From Octopus bimaculoides (taxonomy: Eukaryota): 46,667 nucleotides of DNA. The stretch is from the NCBI RefSeq assembly GCF_001194135.2, contig NC_068985.1:72685975-72732641 (forward strand). Direction: 5' to 3'. Position 1 is the stretch's first letter. Every line of letters starts with the position of its first letter. Positions 1 through 12,879 of the stretch are shown in pieces. The notes under the pieces were generated by a model that searched no databases, was not told the origin of the DNA, and saw nothing but the letters and a program-made list of their open reading frames with translations. A program made the translations under genes and the position numbers.

Positions 1-968
1 TGTTTCTCATTCAAACTTCTCCAGCTTTTGGAATGTCATCCTCACTATATGTGGCCAAGCATTATCCTGATGGAAGAACACTTTTTGTCTTGAAACCAAA
101 GATAGTCATTTTTCTTCTACTGTTGACTCAAGCTGCTTGCAGTAGATCTCCTTTGTTATCGTTTGGTTTGGGTTTAAAAGTTCAAAGTGGACTAAACCTT
201 TCATATCCCACCAAACAGATAACAACACCTTACATGGGTGAAGATCTTCTTTAACTTGGGGTGCCGGTGTTTCTCCTTTCCCTACTCACTGCCTTTGGCA
301 TTTGACACTTTTTGTAGAAAACCCATTTCTCATCACCAGTCACTGTTTAGTCTAAAAAAGGGTTCATTCTTGAGATGTGACAGCAAAGAAGAGCACACAT
401 TCACTCTCTGCACGCAATTAGACTCAGAAAGTTTGTGAGGAACCCACTGACCCAATTTGCTGACTTTTCCAATGGCATACGGCTGTTGATGAATGGTTGT
501 GACCGCATCCAAGTTTCTCTGCTAGTCCCTCAACAGTTACAATGGGATTTTGTTCCACCAGAGTTTGCAGGACATCCTCACCGAGCTCTACAGATATTCC
601 AGGATGAGGCTTGTCTTCTAAGCTTTAGTTTCCAGCTTGAAGTTTCTGGAACCACTGTTGATGCTGGCTTATGCTTATTGTCTTATCCCCATATACTGCA
701 TGAATATTACTCACACTTTCGATTGCATTGTTGTCTCTATTGAACTCATAAAGCAAAGTATGCTAAATATGCTCCTGTGTCGCTTCCATTATTGCTTTCA
801 AAAAATAACTGTTAAAATTGAACTGCATTCTTCAAAAATTGCACTAATAATAGAAGGTAAAATTACTACCTGCTTTTATAGCAAGTTGATGCAGGTACTT
901 TATTCCATCCCTCTCTGACTTTTAGTTCATGCAATTGAAAAAACCGCATTATTTATGGGATGACCCTA
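1..968 (-). mobile_element. Decayed mariner (DD34D) transposon, running off the left edge of the window
   Basis: Minus-strand translation with stops and frameshifts gives an N-terminal HTH-like region, VTGDEKW (343-323), LHPCKVLLSVWWD and HQDNAWPH (about 74-49). The terminus TAGGGTCATCCCATAAATAATGCGG abuts a TA run at 967. Confidence 0.9.
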
Positions 969-1092
969 TATATATATATATGCATATATATATATACATA
1001 TGGCATATGTATTTGTGTGTATATGTATATATACACACACATATATATGTGTATGTATATTTATGTGTGCATCTGTATATTCACACATACTT

Positions 1093-1141
<49 letters not shown>

Positions 1142-1155
1142 TATATGCATATGCA
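967..1155. repeat. Compound (TA)n/(TG)n/(CA)n microsatellite
   Basis: Directly visible; source of three spurious ORFs. Confidence 0.95.
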
Positions 1156-1394
1156 TTGAGGATGATAGTGACATCTGTTGCAGTGTTGCAACATCTGATT
1201 CAAGAAAGTTTATACTTTTACGTCGGAATTTTATTACTTACATCAGCGGGTTCCACATAGCACCTCTGTTGATATGATGGAAGGTGCCAAAAAACCCTAC
1301 AGAGACTTTGACTCCTGCATTCAGAGACAGTTAAGCAACACTTTCAGCGCACAGGTGTTTGCCCTGAAGATATATATATATATATATATATATA

Positions 1395-2388
1395 NNNNNN
1401 NNNNNNNNNNNNNNNNNNNNNNNNNNNNNNNNNNNNNNNNNNNNNNNNNNNNNNNNNNNNNNNNNNNNNNNNNNNNNNNNNNNNNNNNNNNNNNNNNNNN
1501 NNNNNNNNNNNNNNNNNNNNNNNNNNNNNNNNNNNNNNNNNNNNNNNNNNNNNNNNNNNNNNNNNNNNNNNNNNNNNNNNNNNNNNNNNNNNNNNNNNNN
1601 NNNNNNNNNNNNNNNNNNNNNNNNNNNNNNNNNNNNNNNNNNNNNNNNNNNNNNNNNNNNNNNNNNNNNNNNNNNNNNNNNNNNNNNNNNNNNNNNNNNN
1701 NNNNNNNNNNNNNNNNNNNNNNNNNNNNNNNNNNNNNNNNNNNNNNNNNNNNNNNNNNNNNNNNNNNNNNNNNNNNNNNNNNNNNNNNNNNNNNNNNNNN
1801 NNNNNNNNNNNNNNNNNNNNNNNNNNNNNNNNNNNNNNNNNNNNNNNNNNNNNNNNNNNNNNNNNNNNNNNNNNNNNNNNNNNNNNNNNNNNNNNNNNNN
1901 NNNNNNNNNNNNNNNNNNNNNNNNNNNNNNNNNNNNNNNNNNNNNNNNNNNNNNNNNNNNNNNNNNNNNNNNNNNNNNNNNNNNNNNNNNNNNNNNNNNN
2001 NNNNNNNNNNNNNNNNNNNNNNNNNNNNNNNNNNNNNNNNNNNNNNNNNNNNNNNNNNNNNNNNNNNNNNNNNNNNNNNNNNNNNNNNNNNNNNNNNNNN
2101 NNNNNNNNNNNNNNNNNNNNNNNNNNNNNNNNNNNNNNNNNNNNNNNNNNNNNNNNNNNNNNNNNNNNNNNNNNNNNNNNNNNNNNNNNNNNNNNNNNNN
2201 NNNNNNNNNNNNNNNNNNNNNNNNNNNNNNNNNNNNNNNNNNNNNNNNNNNNNNNNNNNNNNNNNNNNNNNNNNNNNNNNNNNNNNNNNNNNNNNNNNNN
2301 NNNNNNNNNNNNNNNNNNNNNNNNNNNNNNNNNNNNNNNNNNNNNNNNNNNNNNNNNNNNNNNNNNNNNNNNNNNNNNNNNNNNNNNN
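1395..2388. other. Assembly gap (N run)
   Basis: N run flanked by microsatellites. Other gaps: 14717-14946, 21465-21879, 33093-33263, 34384-34661, 36567-37319. Confidence 1.
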
Positions 2389-2407
2389 TGTGTGTGTGTG
2401 TGTGTGT

Positions 2408-2548
2408 GGCAATAGGAAGCGCATCCAGATATAGAAACTATTGTCAAATAAGACTGGAGTCTGGTGCAGCCCCTCAGCTTTCCAGTCCTGGTCAAACCAT
2501 CCAACCAATGCCAGCATAGATAATGGACATTAAATGATGATGATGATG

Positions 2549-2550
<2 letters not shown>
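2408..2550 (+). mobile_element. 3' end of RTE-type LINE (GAT-tailed repeat)
   Basis: ggcaataggaagcgcatccag...ccaaccaatgccagcatagataatggacattaaat(gat)n; same family as 32683-33078. Confidence 0.75.
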
Positions 2551-2583
<33 letters not shown>

Positions 2584-2625
2584 ATATATGTATACATTTA
2601 TGATATATATATATATATATACCAA

Positions 2626-2851
2626 AGCGGCAAGCTGACAGAAATATTAGCACGCCAGGTGAAATGCTTAGTGGTATTTCATCTGCCGTTACGTTCTGAG
2701 TTCAAATTCCTCTGAGGTCGACTTTGTCTTTCATCTTTTGAGGGTCAATTAAATAAGTACTAGTTACGCACTGGGGTCAATGTAATCAACTTAATCCCTT
2801 TGTCTGTCCTTGTTTGTCCCCTCTATGTTTAGCCCCCTTTGGGTAATAAAT
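2626..2851 (+). mobile_element. tRNA-derived SINE, family A
   Basis: Head gcggcaagctgacagaa and B-box-like gttctgagttcaaattcc; aligns by eye to the copy at 41797-42012. Confidence 0.85.
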
Positions 2852-2918
2852 ACACACACACACACACACACATACATACACATATGTATATATATATGTG
2901 TGTGTGTGTATATGTATG

Positions 2919-3738
2919 CAGGCTGCAATGGGTAAATTGTCACCATTTTATATTTTTTATTTTGTGTATGCACATTGTTTGTTTTTGATTTTGTTGACTA
3001 CACTATAGTAGGGTCATTTTGGCTCTGCCTGTGAGAAAAGCAGCATCATGATGCAATTCACTCTGCCAGAAATTTGGAAACGACATGCAGTACTGCTTCA
3101 TGCTGGTAGCTCCAATACAAACATTTCAGAGTGTTTGGGTGTGAATCTGAGGACATGTACCAAGAGTGATAAAAATCAAACATCCAGTCAACATCATGGT
3201 GTTTGGAGTGATCACTAGTGATGGCAACGTTATTCCTCCCATCTTCCCACACGGCCTTAGACTCAACACAGGCCTACATAAAGTGCCTGGAGGAGATACT
3301 ACTGCCCTGGGACAAGAGCGTGGTTGCTGGAAGACCCTGTGTCTGCACCATGCCACACAAGCAGGTGAACCAAATCATGGCTGTCAGACAATTTCTGTGA
3401 CCACATCATCTGGCCACCTACCAACTGCAACCCCTTTGATTATTATGTGTGGGGCGCAGTTGAGCGAGACCAACAAAACTCTTTGTAACATCAAAGATGA
3501 ACTGAAGGCAAGAATTATGGCAACATTCACCAAGGAGACCATCCAGAATTGTTTCAGGAGATTCCAAAGTTGTCTGGAGGCTGTGGTTGAAGCCAATGGC
3601 GATTTTATTGAATAAATCTACTCTTTAATATTTCAAGATATTTTTATGTAATTTTGGTAAATGTATCTATTAAAATAAGATGTCAGTGATATTTTCATTT
3701 TTGCGTAATTTAGACAACAGTTTATTCACCATACCCTG
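2919..3738 (+). mobile_element. Internally deleted maT/DD37D-type (Tc1/mariner superfamily) transposon
   Basis: KHPVNIMVFGVITSDG, AYIKCLEEILLPW, NPFDYYVWG and CLEAVVEANGDFIE* across frameshifts. Imperfect termini caggctg... and ...ataccctg followed by TA. Confidence 0.85.
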
Positions 3739-3764
3739 TATATGTATGTCTATGTATACATATA

Positions 3765-3795
<31 letters not shown>

Positions 3796-4392
3796 ATGTA
3801 TATATATTTACGCCCACACATCCTTTGCTGCGATGTGTGTATGTTTGTTTTTTTTTCATGTTTTGTTTGTTCATACTTATAAGTTTGCTTTTGTGTCATA
3901 ATGATTGCATATTATTCCTGTAATGTTTTCTCATAAAGTTGTCATTTTTGAATTTATGTTTGTCTTTATGAATTAAACAGCAGTAGAATTACTGCATACA
4001 ATTGCAAGGCATAATCACTGTTTTTTAGCCCCTTTTTTCTTTTTATTCACCACTATTTGATAGGATAACATTTAGTATTTAATACTCTAAATCATTTTGT
4101 ATCAGTAATACTTATTGAATAAATGTGTGGCATCAATTTTACCATAGTAGCATTAGTGGTATTAAGTATCCACGCTTAAGAGTTGCTTCTCATAATTGCA
4201 ATTGAAATTCACTGAAATAGCCATGTGACTTATAAGAGCTTATTTTCCACTTTTGACACCTTCAAACCCATTTCTGAATTATTCTTGGATTCAGACTCTA
4301 CACTTTGAAATATATAATGCCTAAGAAGGTTATAGTACTTTTTAGATTTTATTTCGTCATGTAGGTCTAATGCTATTGAGTCTATTATACAT

Positions 4393-4590
4393 TCAGTTAC
4401 AAAAGATTAAGCAAATCTGTTTAGATTTGTTGTATCCTTCATCAGATAATTCCCTTGTTTCTAAATGAAGTGATGTCATTCTATTTGGCCTGTACCCTTC
4501 AACATGATCAAGGCCCACTGGCTTCAGAAAGGTGGGGACTCTGGTTTTAACAGCACTGTTTCTAGAACACTTACTGCACTGTTTAATCAT
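4393..4590 (-). mobile_element. Possible remnant of a restriction-like endonuclease domain of a CRE-type non-LTR element
   Basis: VPTFLKPVGLDHVEGYRPNRMT resembles the recalled motif xPSxLEPxGLDRxDGKRPDGxT; flanks are not convincing. Confidence 0.3.
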
Positions 4591-4984
4591 ACAATCAGAA
4601 TTTGAGGACTAACAGCAGTGAACTGTCTGTCTGTGATAATGACTGCTGCTTTATACATCAAGGACAATTAAAAGGCTGGAGTGTTTCAGTCACAAAGAAA
4701 TCATTTTCTGACATCTTTACTCATGAAAAAGTCAACCAATATTGACCTGAATCAGAAACAATACAAGTGTTTGTAGTGCTAATAAAACAAATAGAGTTGA
4801 CAAAATTGTTGCCCAGAGGTAGTTTTAATGGTTGAGACATAGTTAGTGGATCAAAAGTTAAAATTGCAATGAAGGTCCTTTTGTCAATTAGTTATGGATC
4901 TTGGAATTCTCCATCAGTTTATACTGCTCCATAGGACTGGTGTCATTAAAGCAAGCACCGTTACTGATGACCCCAAATCACTTT

Positions 4985-5215
4985 GTTGTTGTATAGCTAC
5001 AGTAGTTAAAATGTACAGTGTGTTGTCTGGCCATAATAGTTAAAATTTTATGTATTGTGCAATCATAATAATTAAAATGCATTATGTAATGTAGCCACTG
5101 TAAGTTAAATTTATGGTACGTAACCAAAATAGTAAAAATGTATTCTTGCGTAGTCACAACAATTGAAATGTTTGGTATGTGTTGTGTAGCCAAAACTGTT
5201 GAAATGTTATATTTA
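4985..5215. repeat. Degenerate minisatellite, unit roughly 30-36 nt
   Basis: Recurring tgtagcca..a(ta)gttaaaatgt core seen about 6-7 times. Confidence 0.65.
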
Positions 5216-5343
5216 TTGGGACTGATTGTTAGATATAAACCATGTTTTGTGAGAATTGAAATGTGATTTTTTTTTTATATCTTACTCTGTGTGTGTGTGT
5301 GTATATGTGCGTACATATAAATATGAGTGTAAAAGAATGTATG

Positions 5344-5640
5344 TAGAGGCATGGCAAAATGGTTGTTTGTTTTACAGTGTGAGATTCCATGTTCAGTCCC
5401 ACTACACAGTACCTTATTAGTGAAACTAGGAAGATGAAAACTATTTTGAAGTTCGTTGGATTTGGCTATTATTCCAAAGGCTAGCCTTATCACATGTCAT
5501 ACTGAGTCTTCTTGAGAATTAAGTTAAACATACAAATGTTTGTTGAATACTCAACCACTTCATAATAGTCTGGGTTAGTTGTTAATTTAGTTGATCAGAG
5601 AACTGGAATGCTCATTGTCAGAACTAGTACAAATCCATTG
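5344..5640 (+). mobile_element. Degenerate tRNA-derived SINE
   Basis: aggcatggcaaaatggtt...ccatgttcagtcccactacacagtacc head resembles family B. Confidence 0.55.
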
Positions 5641-5854
5641 TATAGATGTGCATATATGATGGAAGCTTCTATTGTAATCATAGCTAGTGTTATCAAGTGG
5701 ATATTATTAAAATTAATGGGTCCCAAATATGCTCCAAATATTGTTACATTCTCTGCTTAATGTTATCAGTTGTTTCTTGATAGCCAAAAAGCTCTGTCCC
5801 AAAGTGATCACAATAAGTGGTTTTCAAGGCTCTGAATGAATACAAGCATGCATG

Positions 5855-6270
5855 CATAACTGTGGTTAAAAAGTCCTCTTCAGGGCCACATGGTTTGAGT
5901 TCAATCACATTGTGTGGACACGATTGGTGCTTTCTGCTCTATCTGTGGTTTGACCAATATCTTGTGAGTGAATTTAAATAAATGGAATATGGAACGTGTG
6001 TGAGTGCATATCCCTCCTTTTCTTAACACGTTTACTGATTGCAAGTAAAGTGTCGCTGTTTGTACAAATGGTGTCTTCTGTTTGCAATTCTTTATGAAAG
6101 CATGTCCGGTTTTATTTGACATGTACTGATTGTAAACAAAGCCTCACTGTTCATGTAAATGGTATCATTTGTATGCTATCCTTTAAGAAAGCATATCCTG
6201 GCTGTTCATTGCTTAGAAACAGGGGAAGCTTGGTGACAATAAAAGTATCCACCCATAGAAAATTCTGTCT
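5855..6270 (+). mobile_element. Degenerate tRNA-derived SINE
   Basis: ctgtggttaaaaagtc...ccacatggtttgagttcaatc head, followed by a body resembling other copies in the window. Confidence 0.6.
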
Positions 6271-6369
6271 TAACAAAGTCATGTTTGACTTGGTTGAATA
6301 TGGAAAAGTAGGTGTTAAAATGATGATGTTGATATGCGTATATTCATTAATTTCTTTTGTTGATTACAG

Positions 6370-6700
6370 TTATCAGAATTTTTGTCTTTGCTAGTTTTAC
6401 TCTGAAGTCTTTTGTTTCTAAGCTTTGCTTCCTTAGTTCCTTTATAGACACAGCTATATCAGCATACAGAGATAACTAGGCTTAAGCTCTCCTGTTATTG
6501 CCTGGAGAACTTTTATAAATAACTGGTGGCTGAAGACTGATCCCTGATGGACATCTACCTGCATGTCGATTTCCTCGATTAGCTCTTTGTTAACTCTCAC
6601 CTAACTGACTTGAACAGCACTCACCTTGTTTTCTTAACAACCATAAGATTACTCTGTCAAAGGTTTTCTCCTTTTCAATGAATGCTGTGCATATGTTTAT
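6370..6700 (-). mobile_element. RTE-clade LINE reverse transcriptase remnant
   Basis: AFIEKEKTFDRV, VDVHQGSVFS, LYAD and SLETKDFRVKLAKTKILI occur in RT order, with stops and frameshifts. Confidence 0.8.
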
Positions 6701-7412
6701 CGTGTTATTTTTTTTTCCATGTGTGTGCTACTTTGAACCTACAGTTGTCTATCTGATCTTTGAGCTTTCATACTTTCCTTCTTCAGATCATATAAGTCTA
6801 GTTATCTCGTATCCTGTTTACATATGATGCATATATGCATACAGCCTTTTGCAATATCTTGACAGTCTATCAGTAGACTGTTAGGAAAATGTTTACTTTT
6901 TTTTTCTTGCTTTTTCATTCATTTTTACCTTGTTTTCTTGCTGCCAATGTTGATTTCTTTGCCATTTTGCTTGCAACTCTACATTGAAACAAACCACCCT
7001 CTCACTTTTTTATTTTTGTCAGCTTGAATGTGCAATAATACCTACACTTTACACTTGTGTAATCCCTCTTAAATATACTTCTATTTTGTACTTGATTCCT
7101 CATGACCCCACTCATCACTCATCTGTATTTGATTACCTAAACATACTAAGATTTTGTTTCTTTTCTCTCTTTACCTTTAACAATCCCAACTGAACATTAC
7201 AGCATTAATGCCACTTAGTTATTCTTATCATTTTCAAGACCTTACTTTTAAACAAGAACAGACTGCTTTTCTGTTTCAATTAATATTTTTTTGATATACT
7301 CAAAAAGTTTGAGGCTTTGTTTTTTTTTTTTTTCCTTAAACATATGGAACCTACTTTTAATTTTAATGGTTATTGCTATTATTTGGCTTCAGGTTAACCC
7401 TGAATAAGTATA

Positions 7413-8253
7413 CGAGGTGTGTTCAAAAAGTATCTGACTTTATTTTTTCCCACCAAATCCTTTGGCTGGGAGGTGACACCACCCTTTCTGTGTATGTGTG
7501 AAAATTTTTGTGCCAGAAGGCTATGTCAGTTCCCAGCTATTATGCCTAGAGTAAAGACCTGTAATGCATTGTGCAGAGATATTGCAACAAGTTTTGCTAA
7601 AAGCTTGGTGATACTCAAGCTCAAACCATCCAGAAGATTCAGCAGGCATTTGGCGATGATGCCATGGTCAAAACACAGCTCAAGGAATGGTACAACTGCT
7701 TCAAACATGGCTGCATCTTAGTAGAGACCAAGGCATGCTCAGGCACAAACCAAAACAGGGAACTGATTGAGGTTTGGTGAATAGTCATGTAACAATTGTC
7801 GTGTGACAATCCAGGAAATTGCTCAGAAAGTGGGAATAAGCACAGGATAATTGAGGATTTGTGCTTGCAGAGTGTGTCGAAATTTGTCCTCAAGATGCTG
7901 GGAGAGCAATAGAAGCAACTCTGCATAGAAATCGCTCAGGACATGCTGGACTGTGCAAACCACAAACCAGACTTCATGAAGACTATCATCACTGGTGATG
8001 AGGCATGGGTTTATGCTTTCTGCTCTATGCGTTAGGTCATCTTGCATGAAAATGAAAAGCTGATGAGTGTGCACTACACATCTGTACTCTAGGCATAACA
8101 GCTGGGAACTAACTAATGCAGCCTACACATGTGAAAATTTTTACACACACATAGGCAGAATGGCATCCTCTCCCACCCAAAAGATTTTGTCCATGCAGCA
8201 TTAGTTTTGGTGGAAAAAAAAAATAAAGTCAGATTCATTTTGAACACACCCCA
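7413..8253 (+). mobile_element. Internally deleted mariner with long inverted termini
   Basis: TIRs CGAGGTGTGTTCAAAAAGTATCTGACTTTATTTTTT and its near reverse complement, with TA on both sides. Remnants KLGDTQAQTIQKIQQAFGDD and KTIITGDEAWVY. Confidence 0.9.
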
Positions 8254-8745
8254 TACATATGACCTAAGGCATTTTTATACATTTATGGCTACACTGTTCT
8301 GTGTGTCCTTCCTATTTAAGATGGTAGGGTGTTATTTGAAAATGACTTGACTGCTATTTCTTTTAGATGGATTGACCACATAGTGGCTCCCTTGTTGGCT
8401 TGTTTAATTTAAAAATATGTTAAACTGTTGTTAGAACACAATGTAACAAAGTATTTACTTGCTGAAATCTCATATTATCATCTGTATCTTGAGATTTCAG
8501 CTGACTCACTTACTATCAGTAGTCTTGGGTAGATTGAAAAACTATTGTAGGTGTATATGTAAAAGCTGTGGTCAAATCTTTTCCTTCTCAGACTTATTAG
8601 TAGATAAAAATTTGATATCAAAACATGAAACCTGATAAATATTTATTTAGTGAATTGATTTGAACTTATCAAGTATTTGAACTTATCAAGTATTTCATCA
8701 GAGAAAAAAAAGATCTGTTTTGATTAATCATATTACTAAAAATAA

Positions 8746-8968
8746 GGCAATGATTTGGCAGAATTGTTTGCATGCTGGACAAAAACGCTCAGTGACATTT
8801 TTCCAGCTTTATGTTCGGAGTTCAAATACCTCCGAAGTTGACTCTGCTTTTCATCCTTTTTGGGGGGGGGGGGGTAAAATGAGTACGAGTTGAGTACTAG
8901 GGTCAATATAATTAACTCTCTGCCCTAAAATTTCAGGTGTTGTACTTCTCTAATAGAAAGGACTATTA
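8746..8968 (+). mobile_element. SINE family A copy
   Basis: gttcggagttcaaatacc B-box-like motif and family A body; poly-G at 8863-8875. Confidence 0.75.
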
Positions 8969-9799
8969 GAAATGAACTGGCCTGTTTTCAAAAATTAAAA
9001 AAAAAATATTTCTTTTGAAAGTTTTTTATTTTTAAACAGTAGTAATTTTATGTTATTACTGTTTTTTTATTCACTGTTTTATTTTAATTTTTGAAAAATA
9101 TTTTTTGCCATATGAGAATTTATGATTTCTGTTCCCAGCTGCTGTTTTATCAATAACACATTGCTATATTCCCAGCTAACCTATCACCTTATCTCTTATT
9201 TTATGTCATATCACTTGTTTTATCCCATTGATGTGGCACTCTCCTTTAAAAGTTGCTTAAAATAGCTAGTTTGCTCTATTCAGTTCATATAAATTCCTTC
9301 TGAAATTGCAAAACTTATTCAAGAGAAAACTGTGTGGTCTCTAGATAGTCCACATCCAGGACTATTTTATCATTAACAAGAACCACTTAAATACTTTATT
9401 GTATACCAGTTGCTTGTTGGCACAAGGAAGTAGATATCTGATTATACCTTCTGTAGGATTAGTTTGTAGCTTATCTTGAATACTCTGTTGTTTCACTCTT
9501 TGTACCAGATCTGTTATGCACCAGAAACATTGTACACTTGGTGTGTTGTTTCACAAAACTGTTGTGTACCAGCTCTGTTGCATGTTTGTACTGATGTATA
9601 TGAGATAACTCCTTTGTTTTTATTTATTTAATTTAATGAACAGTGTCATTATAAGTTTCCAATGGAGCTAACACTATCCAGTGTTTCTGGTGGTGCATTA
9701 TGGTGGGGATGGTGATGGTGGCGTGTCTGTAATGGGATGCAAAACATATCTGAACTTTGTGAAGCACTAGCTTTTCAGTTTTCATGCAATTGTTTATTG

Positions 9800-10150
9800 C
9801 AACGGTTCTCAACTGCTGTCCATATAGCCCCCGAGGGTCCATTTCAGATTTTGGGGATCTACAAAACAAAATAGTTAATCAGGGACCCACAATAGTATTT
9901 TAAGGGTCCCTGAATTTTTTTTTTTACTTTAGATGTATTTATTGGTATGTATTGCAAAAGTCAGCTAGGTTTCTTTCTCTAGCATTTTCACACATTAACC
10001 TACACAAGTTAATGTGTGAAAAAACAAAATAGGAATTTTGAAATCAGTATCTATAAAACTAGTTTAGAAATATCGAATGGCTTTGAGGATCCTCCAGAAT
10101 AAGATAGTAACCAAAGGGGTCCATAGATAAAAAATGATTGAGAACCCCTG
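9800..10150. mobile_element. hAT-type MITE
   Basis: Termini CAACGGTTCTCAA and TTGAGAACCCCTG; 8-bp TSD gtttattg/gtttatag (7/8 match). Confidence 0.85.
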
Positions 10151-10201
10151 GTTTATAGCCTTTGCTAGTATATATCAGTGAAAGATATATATGTATGTAT
10201 A

Positions 10202-10330
10202 CATAATCCCTTGACTATTGTGGGTGTTATGTTCCAAACCCCCGCGATAGGTGAAAATCTGCAAAGTAGAAACAGTTCTGTACTGTATATATTTAAAAAA
10301 ATTTTATATTTGTATGTATTTATTTTATTA
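10202..10330 (+). mobile_element. Tigger/pogo-like MITE fragment
   Basis: taatcccttgactattgtgggtgttatgttccaaacccccgcgataggtgaaaatctgcaaagtag resembles recalled Tigger-type termini. Confidence 0.55.
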
Positions 10331-10897
10331 TAATGCAAAACATCTCTATGGAGGAATCAACATAAGCTTAAGTAATAAACTGCAATATGGTGAGGGATTA
10401 CTGTATAAATATATGTACAGTATGCTTCTGTACAGTTTCTGTCTACCTAATTCCACTCACTTGATAGTCAACTCAGGGCTATGGTAAGAGACTTTTCCCT
10501 AAGGTCTCTTATGGTAGAATTGAAACCAACACCATATTGTTGGAAAACAAACTTCTCAACAACTCAGCTGCTCTCCACATTATTGATTACTAGGTTCAGA
10601 AGGTCTTGCGTGCATTACCTGGCACTAAATATGAGAACCAGGTCAGCACAATATGGTTATAGCTAAAAAGCTAATCTAAAACCAAAGTTTTTAGCTCTGT
10701 TTATGTGAATTATATGTTGTCATTTAATGTTTGATTTACCAGCTACTTCTGAAGTCATAACTCTTTTTAAAGTTGTTTGCAAAAGAAGCTGTGAGTACCT
10801 CTTTTATGCTTAAAAGGTTGGAGAATGTGTAAACTTGAAGTGAAAAATCTTGAATTTATATAATTAAGTAAAAAACCATCTTAGTTTGATGATACCA

Positions 10898-11082
10898 CAT
10901 CATCATCATCATCGTTTAATGTCCGCTTTCCATGCTACATGGGTTGGACGATTTGACTGACGACTGGTGAACCAGATGGCTACACCAGGCTCCAATCTGA
11001 TTTGGCAGAGTTTCTACAGCTGGATGCCCTTCCTAACGCCAACCACTCTGAGAGTGTAGTGGGTGCTTTTACGTGCCACACC
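10898..11082 (-). mobile_element. RTE 3' end (GAT-tailed repeat)
   Basis: (cat)n gtttaatgtccgctttccatgc...gtgcttttacgtgccac. Confidence 0.8.
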
Positions 11083-11139
11083 ATTGATAAAAGCAATGAG
11101 GGAATATAAGCTTTGTTGTTTGACTTGCTGATACTAGCA

Positions 11140-11475
11140 GGTAAATTTCTAACAAATAACACCCTGTTTTCTTTAAAAAAGCAGAATACATTGAACCATT
11201 AGTTTTAAATATATCAGATTATTGGATGGTACCTTTGAACATAGGTTTACTTGATCAAAGCTACTCTGAGATAAACAACAACTGCAAGACAGCAAGGGAA
11301 CCTCTGTACAGTCACTTGTAGAAATAACAATCAAATCTCTTTGGAATTACAAAATACCATTTTTATTAAAAAAAAAAAAAAGAAGAAATGGCTATATTGG
11401 ATAATATGGTCTTAGACCCACCATGTCTGAAAGAAAAATGTAGCATGATCTGATCATGTCTGCTTCATCAGGGCT
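11140..11475 (-). repeat. Unclassified interspersed repeat, family C
   Basis: Reverse complement of the gttgtttagcc...ctgat.gagcag...ttggctgctatttctagcagg element. Further copies near 8310-8400, 17370-17560, 26803-26960, 29085-29290, 29341-29510, 38600-38700 and 45040-45200. Confidence 0.6.
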
Positions 11476-11479
11476 AACT

Positions 11480-12200
11480 AGCAACAACAACAACGGCAGC
11501 AGCCATTTGCCATCAAAACAGCCTCTACATTGTTTAAACTGCTCAATGTTGCAATGTGAAATATTTCAAAAATCCTCTGTCACCTGTCTAGTACCTACAA
11601 GATTGTAGTTTTATATCTTAGTATCATCTATGTATGCATTACAAGATGGCCGACCTAAAAAAGGATTGATTGAACAATGACATAGAGGGCATCTTATATA
11701 TAATGTATGCATACATAGCCATTGTGTTGTAAAAATATGGTGCAAAAAAAAAAAAATGTGTTTTGCGTTGTAGGATCACTCGAGCAGAACAGGTAACGCC
11801 TTCTTAACAAAGCTATTACTACTACTGTTGTCAGCAACAAAACAAGCTGGTATGGAATGAAGGTTATACCGTGATTCGTGAGCTGTATTCAAAATTTTAA
11901 AAAGGTGGTGGTGTAACATGTACAGTTAATCAATTACATATGAATGTTCACTTACATATATCTTTTAATCAAGGCTGAAATTGAGAAAATGAGTTTGATG
12001 TTATTTAATAAAATTGGCATACTGAGTAAACAAACCTTTCAAATGCCTTTGATCTGTGGGGAAAATTGATGTAGATAAAGTGGGGTCTTTTGTAGTGCAA
12101 AGGTTGGGAAGTATTGCACTTTACAGTGTCTTGATCTACTGTCTTCTAAAATGAAAGATACATTTGATAATGTGGTCTCTGTTGATTATGCCAAGGGGTA
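11480..12200 (-). mobile_element. Ancient CR1/L2-type LINE RT remnant
   Basis: SIFPT/SKAFERFVYS (about 12065-12023) followed by AYIDDTKI* (11638-11615), in RT order and heavily decayed. Confidence 0.5.
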
Positions 12201-12879
12201 AAAAAATAAAAACTAATTATGGATGCATCTCCCTCTCAAGGCCTGAACACCTACATAAACGAAGAAGTGGTGTCCATAAACTTTGCTGGCTTTCCAAGAG
12301 GTTGATACAGTTGTAGGTTTCAGATCTAAACTGGGGTTAAATAGCAACAATAACAACAATGGTAAGACAACTGGGGATTGTGCATGACCAGTTGATTTGT
12401 TAGAAATAGTATCCAAATACTGCTCAAATCACAACCTATATTCATTAAGGATAAAAAAAGAAAATTGGAAAAATTGGAATGGACTATGTCATTAGTCATT
12501 GATATATATATATATAAAAAAAAAAACACTGACAGACCTTGGTTGCAATGCTTTTCATCACAGGTCTACTAAAACATGTTTGACCTAGGGTTAAACAACA
12601 AGTGTATCAAACCCCTAGGAGAGTTTGCTGAGTTTATGGCCATTGTTCCTTCTTTCTCAGATTGAATACTACCCCCAACTCAAATAGGATGATAGATCAA
12701 TCTGTAATATTGTTTTAAGAACGATCTACCATTCACATACCTTCATGACATCAACACTTGTAATAATGTGTTAACAATGTGAAGAATATTGTCTCTGTCT
12801 CAGTTTTCCATGTATTCTTTTATTGATTCTCTTCATTTTTCTAGTTATTTCCTATTTATCTTAATTCTCTGTTGCTTTC

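Noticed and set aside
8662-8695. 17-nt perfect tandem duplication gaacttatcaagtattt
   Set aside because: Ordinary slippage-type duplication with no further structure.
11643-11654. YY1-like AAGATGGCCG motif suggesting a promoter
   Set aside because: Lies within the CR1/L2 remnant, just upstream of YIDD; no other promoter evidence.
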